The notes beneath the pieces were generated by a model. That model was not told where the DNA came from and did not search any database. It saw only the letters and a list, made by a program, of their open reading frames with translations. Position numbers and translations under genes: made by a program. DNA of 64,000 nucleotides from Dicyema japonicum (Eukaryota; Animalia; Dicyemida), in the NCBI GenBank assembly GCA_011109175.1, contig RDEW01000001.1:1192360-1256359 (forward strand), given 5' to 3'. Each line of letters opens with the position of its first letter. Position 1 is the stretch's first letter. Of this stretch, positions 61,056-64,000 are shown piece by piece.

Positions 61056-63087
61056 TTATCTCCGAATTTTCGACATAATGTTGTTAAGTCTCTGTGGTTG
61101 TTTATTTACTTTACCTTTTGTCGCTCATGTCTTTCAGATTCTAACACGTGACTTTCCCATGGTAGTGAACATGTTTTCTCCAATAGTCTATGTTAATATA
61201 TTGGGCTTACTATTATTACATCACTACTTGCAGTCTGGTGGTTGTTCTCTGTCTCATTGAGTTGTGTAGTAGTTGCATCACTACTTGCAGTCTGGTGGTT
61301 GTTCTCCGTCTCATTGAGTTGTGTAGTAGTTGCATCACTACTTGCAGTCTGGTGGTTGTTCTCTCTCTCATTGAGTTGTGTAGTAGTTGATCACTACTTG
61401 CAGTCTGGTGGTTGTTCTCTGTCTCATTGAGTTGTGTATTTAAGTTGTTTTGGTGGTCTTCAAATTGTTCGTCATTTGTAATATGTGGTGGTGAATGTTC
61501 ACTATTAATTATGTTGACAAAAATGTCTTCAGTAATAGAACTATTCTCCATAATACTATCCTCAATCAGTACTAAACCTTCTTTACTAAGAATTGGGTCA
61601 TCATTCATAGCGGTTTCTTCTGGTGATTGTGCTTCAATCTCCTTATTAAGCATTGACTCGTCATTCATTTGGGTTCCTTCGATAGCTTCTAATGTAGTGT
61701 TTTCATCATTAAACATTGGTTTATCCTCAATGGAATATTCTTCAGAGATTTTTGATTCATTATTAGTTACTATAAGTTCATTCTCGGTAGAGTTTTCTTT
61801 AATGAGTTCTAATTTACTGCCTTCATCGATAAAGGAGGGCCCATCATCAACATGGGTAATTTTTGTGAATTCTAATGCAGCGCTTTCTTTATTAAGGTTT
61901 TTTGTATCTTCAACTGAGATTTGTTCAGGAGATTGGGTCGCAATAGTGTTCTTTTTAAGTTCACCTTCGATAGAGAGTTCTTTAGTAGGTTCTGATTCAG
62001 TGGCTTCTCCAATAAAGAGGGACCCATCATCGATATGGATTACTTTGGTGGATTCGCGATTAGTATTATCAAATATTAACGTAGTATCATGTATATTGTA
62101 TTCTGCCTCATTAAACAGTGGATTATCAATTTTATAGTTTTCTTTCTCATCAACATTTTCCTCATAAATGCTGGGACTATCTTCCAAAGAGTTTTCCATA
62201 AAAGATTCTCGTCTACTAAAATCATTAGTAAGGACCAACGAATAGTTTCCATTAATGTAATATGGTCTACTAGCAATTTCTCCATTAAGGACTGGACCAG
62301 TCTCCATGGAAATTTCTTCAACAAATTCTTGTTTACTAATAAGTTCATTAGGGTTGTTCTCCGTAGAATTTACTTCCAAAGAACACGACTCATTACAGTC
62401 TCTGCTAAACACAACTTTATCCTTCACGTGGTTTTCTTTATTAATTTCTATTTTACTGCATATTGGTTCATTAATGTATTCATTACTGGGATGCCTTTCA
62501 TTTCCTACTCTTTCCGTGTTTATTTGATTTGCTCCCATATTATCCTTGTTAATAACTCCGTTGCTAATAAAGTTCACTACCACAGTCTTATTTATAATGT
62601 CCCCAGCTTTACGTCCATTAATCATTTTCTTAGAACCAATTCCTAAAAGTAATATATACAGGTTTAACTGTTTGGTTCTTTTTTGGCTAACCTGTGTTCA
62701 ATCTTTGTAGGATTGTAACACTGTGGGTTGGCAAAATTGGTGGAAGTGGTTTTTAGCAATCGGGGACCTTTGTTAGTAAATCTATCCGTAGTACTGCCGA
62801 AAACAATTCTAGCATTAGTCTGGGTTTTAACAACATATTTATTTGTTTTATTAATCTTTGCTGCTAATTTCAACTACTTTATCGCATTAATCAGACCTGA
62901 CGCTCTTCCTCGATTATAGCCCTCCTTTGAGCAGCCGCAGCATGTCTGTCCATGCTGATCTGCTTCAAATCCTTCATCCTCTCTGAACGACTAATTAATC
63001 CTACTAATTAATAAAAATTGATCGATAATCAAATTAATGACTACCTTCTGCTTTGGTAACAGCACATTTTGTCTTGTTATTGAACAT
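61056..63087 (-). CDS. Long acidic low-complexity protein, MAP7/ensconsin-like (candidate)
   Basis: N-terminal MKDLKQISMDRHAAAAQRRL..EEERQ and C-terminal ESERHERQK|RLNNIMSKIRR* resemble the MAP7 coiled coils; 469-aa E/N/S-rich central ORF; needs two single-base shifts. Confidence 0.4.
61219..61435 (-). repeat. 57-bp coding tandem repeat, about 4 copies
   Basis: Units start at 61219, 61276, 61333 and ~61389; the reading frame entering the array gives TQLNETENNHQTASSD(ATT); a missing C at ~61390 shifts the frame. Confidence 0.92.
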
Positions 63088-63339
63088 AATGTGCCGCCTA
63101 AGTTGTTCTGATTTTATTGTTTACGATGGTTATATAATTAATCAATTATATAATTTCATTAAGAAATATTAATATTATTTAATAATGTAATTCACTTTTA
63201 TTGTCATTTATTCAATTAAATCTCATTTTCTCTTAATTAATAGCCTTTTAATGTCTCTGTTGGAGCGTTCCGGGATCACGTGATCAGTTAGCTTGGTTTT
63301 ATCGTAATTTTTGGAATTTTTCATTCATATCGCCTTAAC

Positions 63340-63560
63340 AATCTTACATTGTGCTTAGAATGGACATAAACGCTCCTGCAAATATAATAATGGACAATTA
63401 CTTTAGCAATGATAACAAACCATCGTTCAGAGGAAGACCCAGAGTCACTCTACCTGTGGCTCTGAACAAGGATCTTAATGGAATTGAAAGAAAACTTAAA
63501 TCTGCCGAAGACCTAAAAGATCTAGGACAGATGCGCAAAGCAGAGGGCGACGAGACGCCT
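63340..63560 (+). mobile_element. RTE family A 3' fragment
   Basis: LRMDINAPANIIMDNYF...FRGRPRVTLPVALNKDL, matching 1500-1700 and 28420-28610. Confidence 0.75.
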
Positions 63561-64000
63561 AGTGAAGCAGATTTTGAAACGTGCGACACAAACGGGACCT
63601 TAATTAATATAACGTTCTTTGGTTCTGTGAAAGTGTTTTTAATAATAATAATCTTTTATTGCAAGGAAATATAAAATAATAAAATTAATGGCCGAGTCAG
63701 ATAACAACCGAAAGGACTGGAATGACCGTAGATACACTAGCATATTGCATGCAGGCAGAATCGGATAGTCTAATCATCTTAAAGTAGACTAGCCGTGGGT
63801 AAATTTATAAAAAAATAAATATTTGTTTTTTATTATTATTATAAATTAAAATACATAAAAAACGTGTTTGAAGTGTACTTTTTGATGTGCTGTCATTTTT
63901 GATTTGACACTCATTGATTGTTTTCAGCTATTAAATCGGTAATTTCTATTGACTTCTATTTGATGCTCTGTCTAATTTGAGACTAAATTTTGTTTGAATC

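Noticed and set aside
61219-61435. CRISPR-like repeat array
   Set aside because: Units are contiguous with no unique spacers, lie in a eukaryotic coding region, and no cas genes are present.
61412-62646. Ser/Ile/Phe-rich + strand ORFs
   Set aside because: Antisense shadows of the acidic minus-strand ORF.

Overview
AT-rich eukaryotic, metazoan-type genomic window. Compact clusters of host genes with extremely short GT-AG introns (mostly 21-35 nt) alternate with blocks of decayed transposons. Host genes supported by translation: two tandem LAMP/mucin-type paralogs (one apparently dead), a ZYG11/ZER1-like protein, an HRI-type eIF2alpha kinase, polycystin-2-like channel, REEP5/DP1, a secreted LRR protein, a trichoplein/CFAP53-type coiled coil, a Rho GTPase, an FGD-like RhoGEF, OSGIN, ATP synthase epsilon, SVOP, MRM1, ONECUT, a MAP7-like protein, an orphan secreted protein and tRNA-Thr(CGT). 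Mobile DNA: an internally deleted hAT/Buster element with TIRs and an 8-bp TSD, RTE, I/Jockey-like, CRE (one with a PHD finger) and R4-like non-LTR retrotransposons, a tRNA-derived SINE, and a ~260-bp non-autonomous element whose 5' part folds into an HDV-ribozyme-like pseudoknot topology. Tiny introns plus ciliary and neural metazoan genes suggest a dicyemid mesozoan (inference only). Several otherwise intact genes carry single-base frameshifts, so indel errors in the assembly are likely, and many exon and element boundaries given here are approximate.
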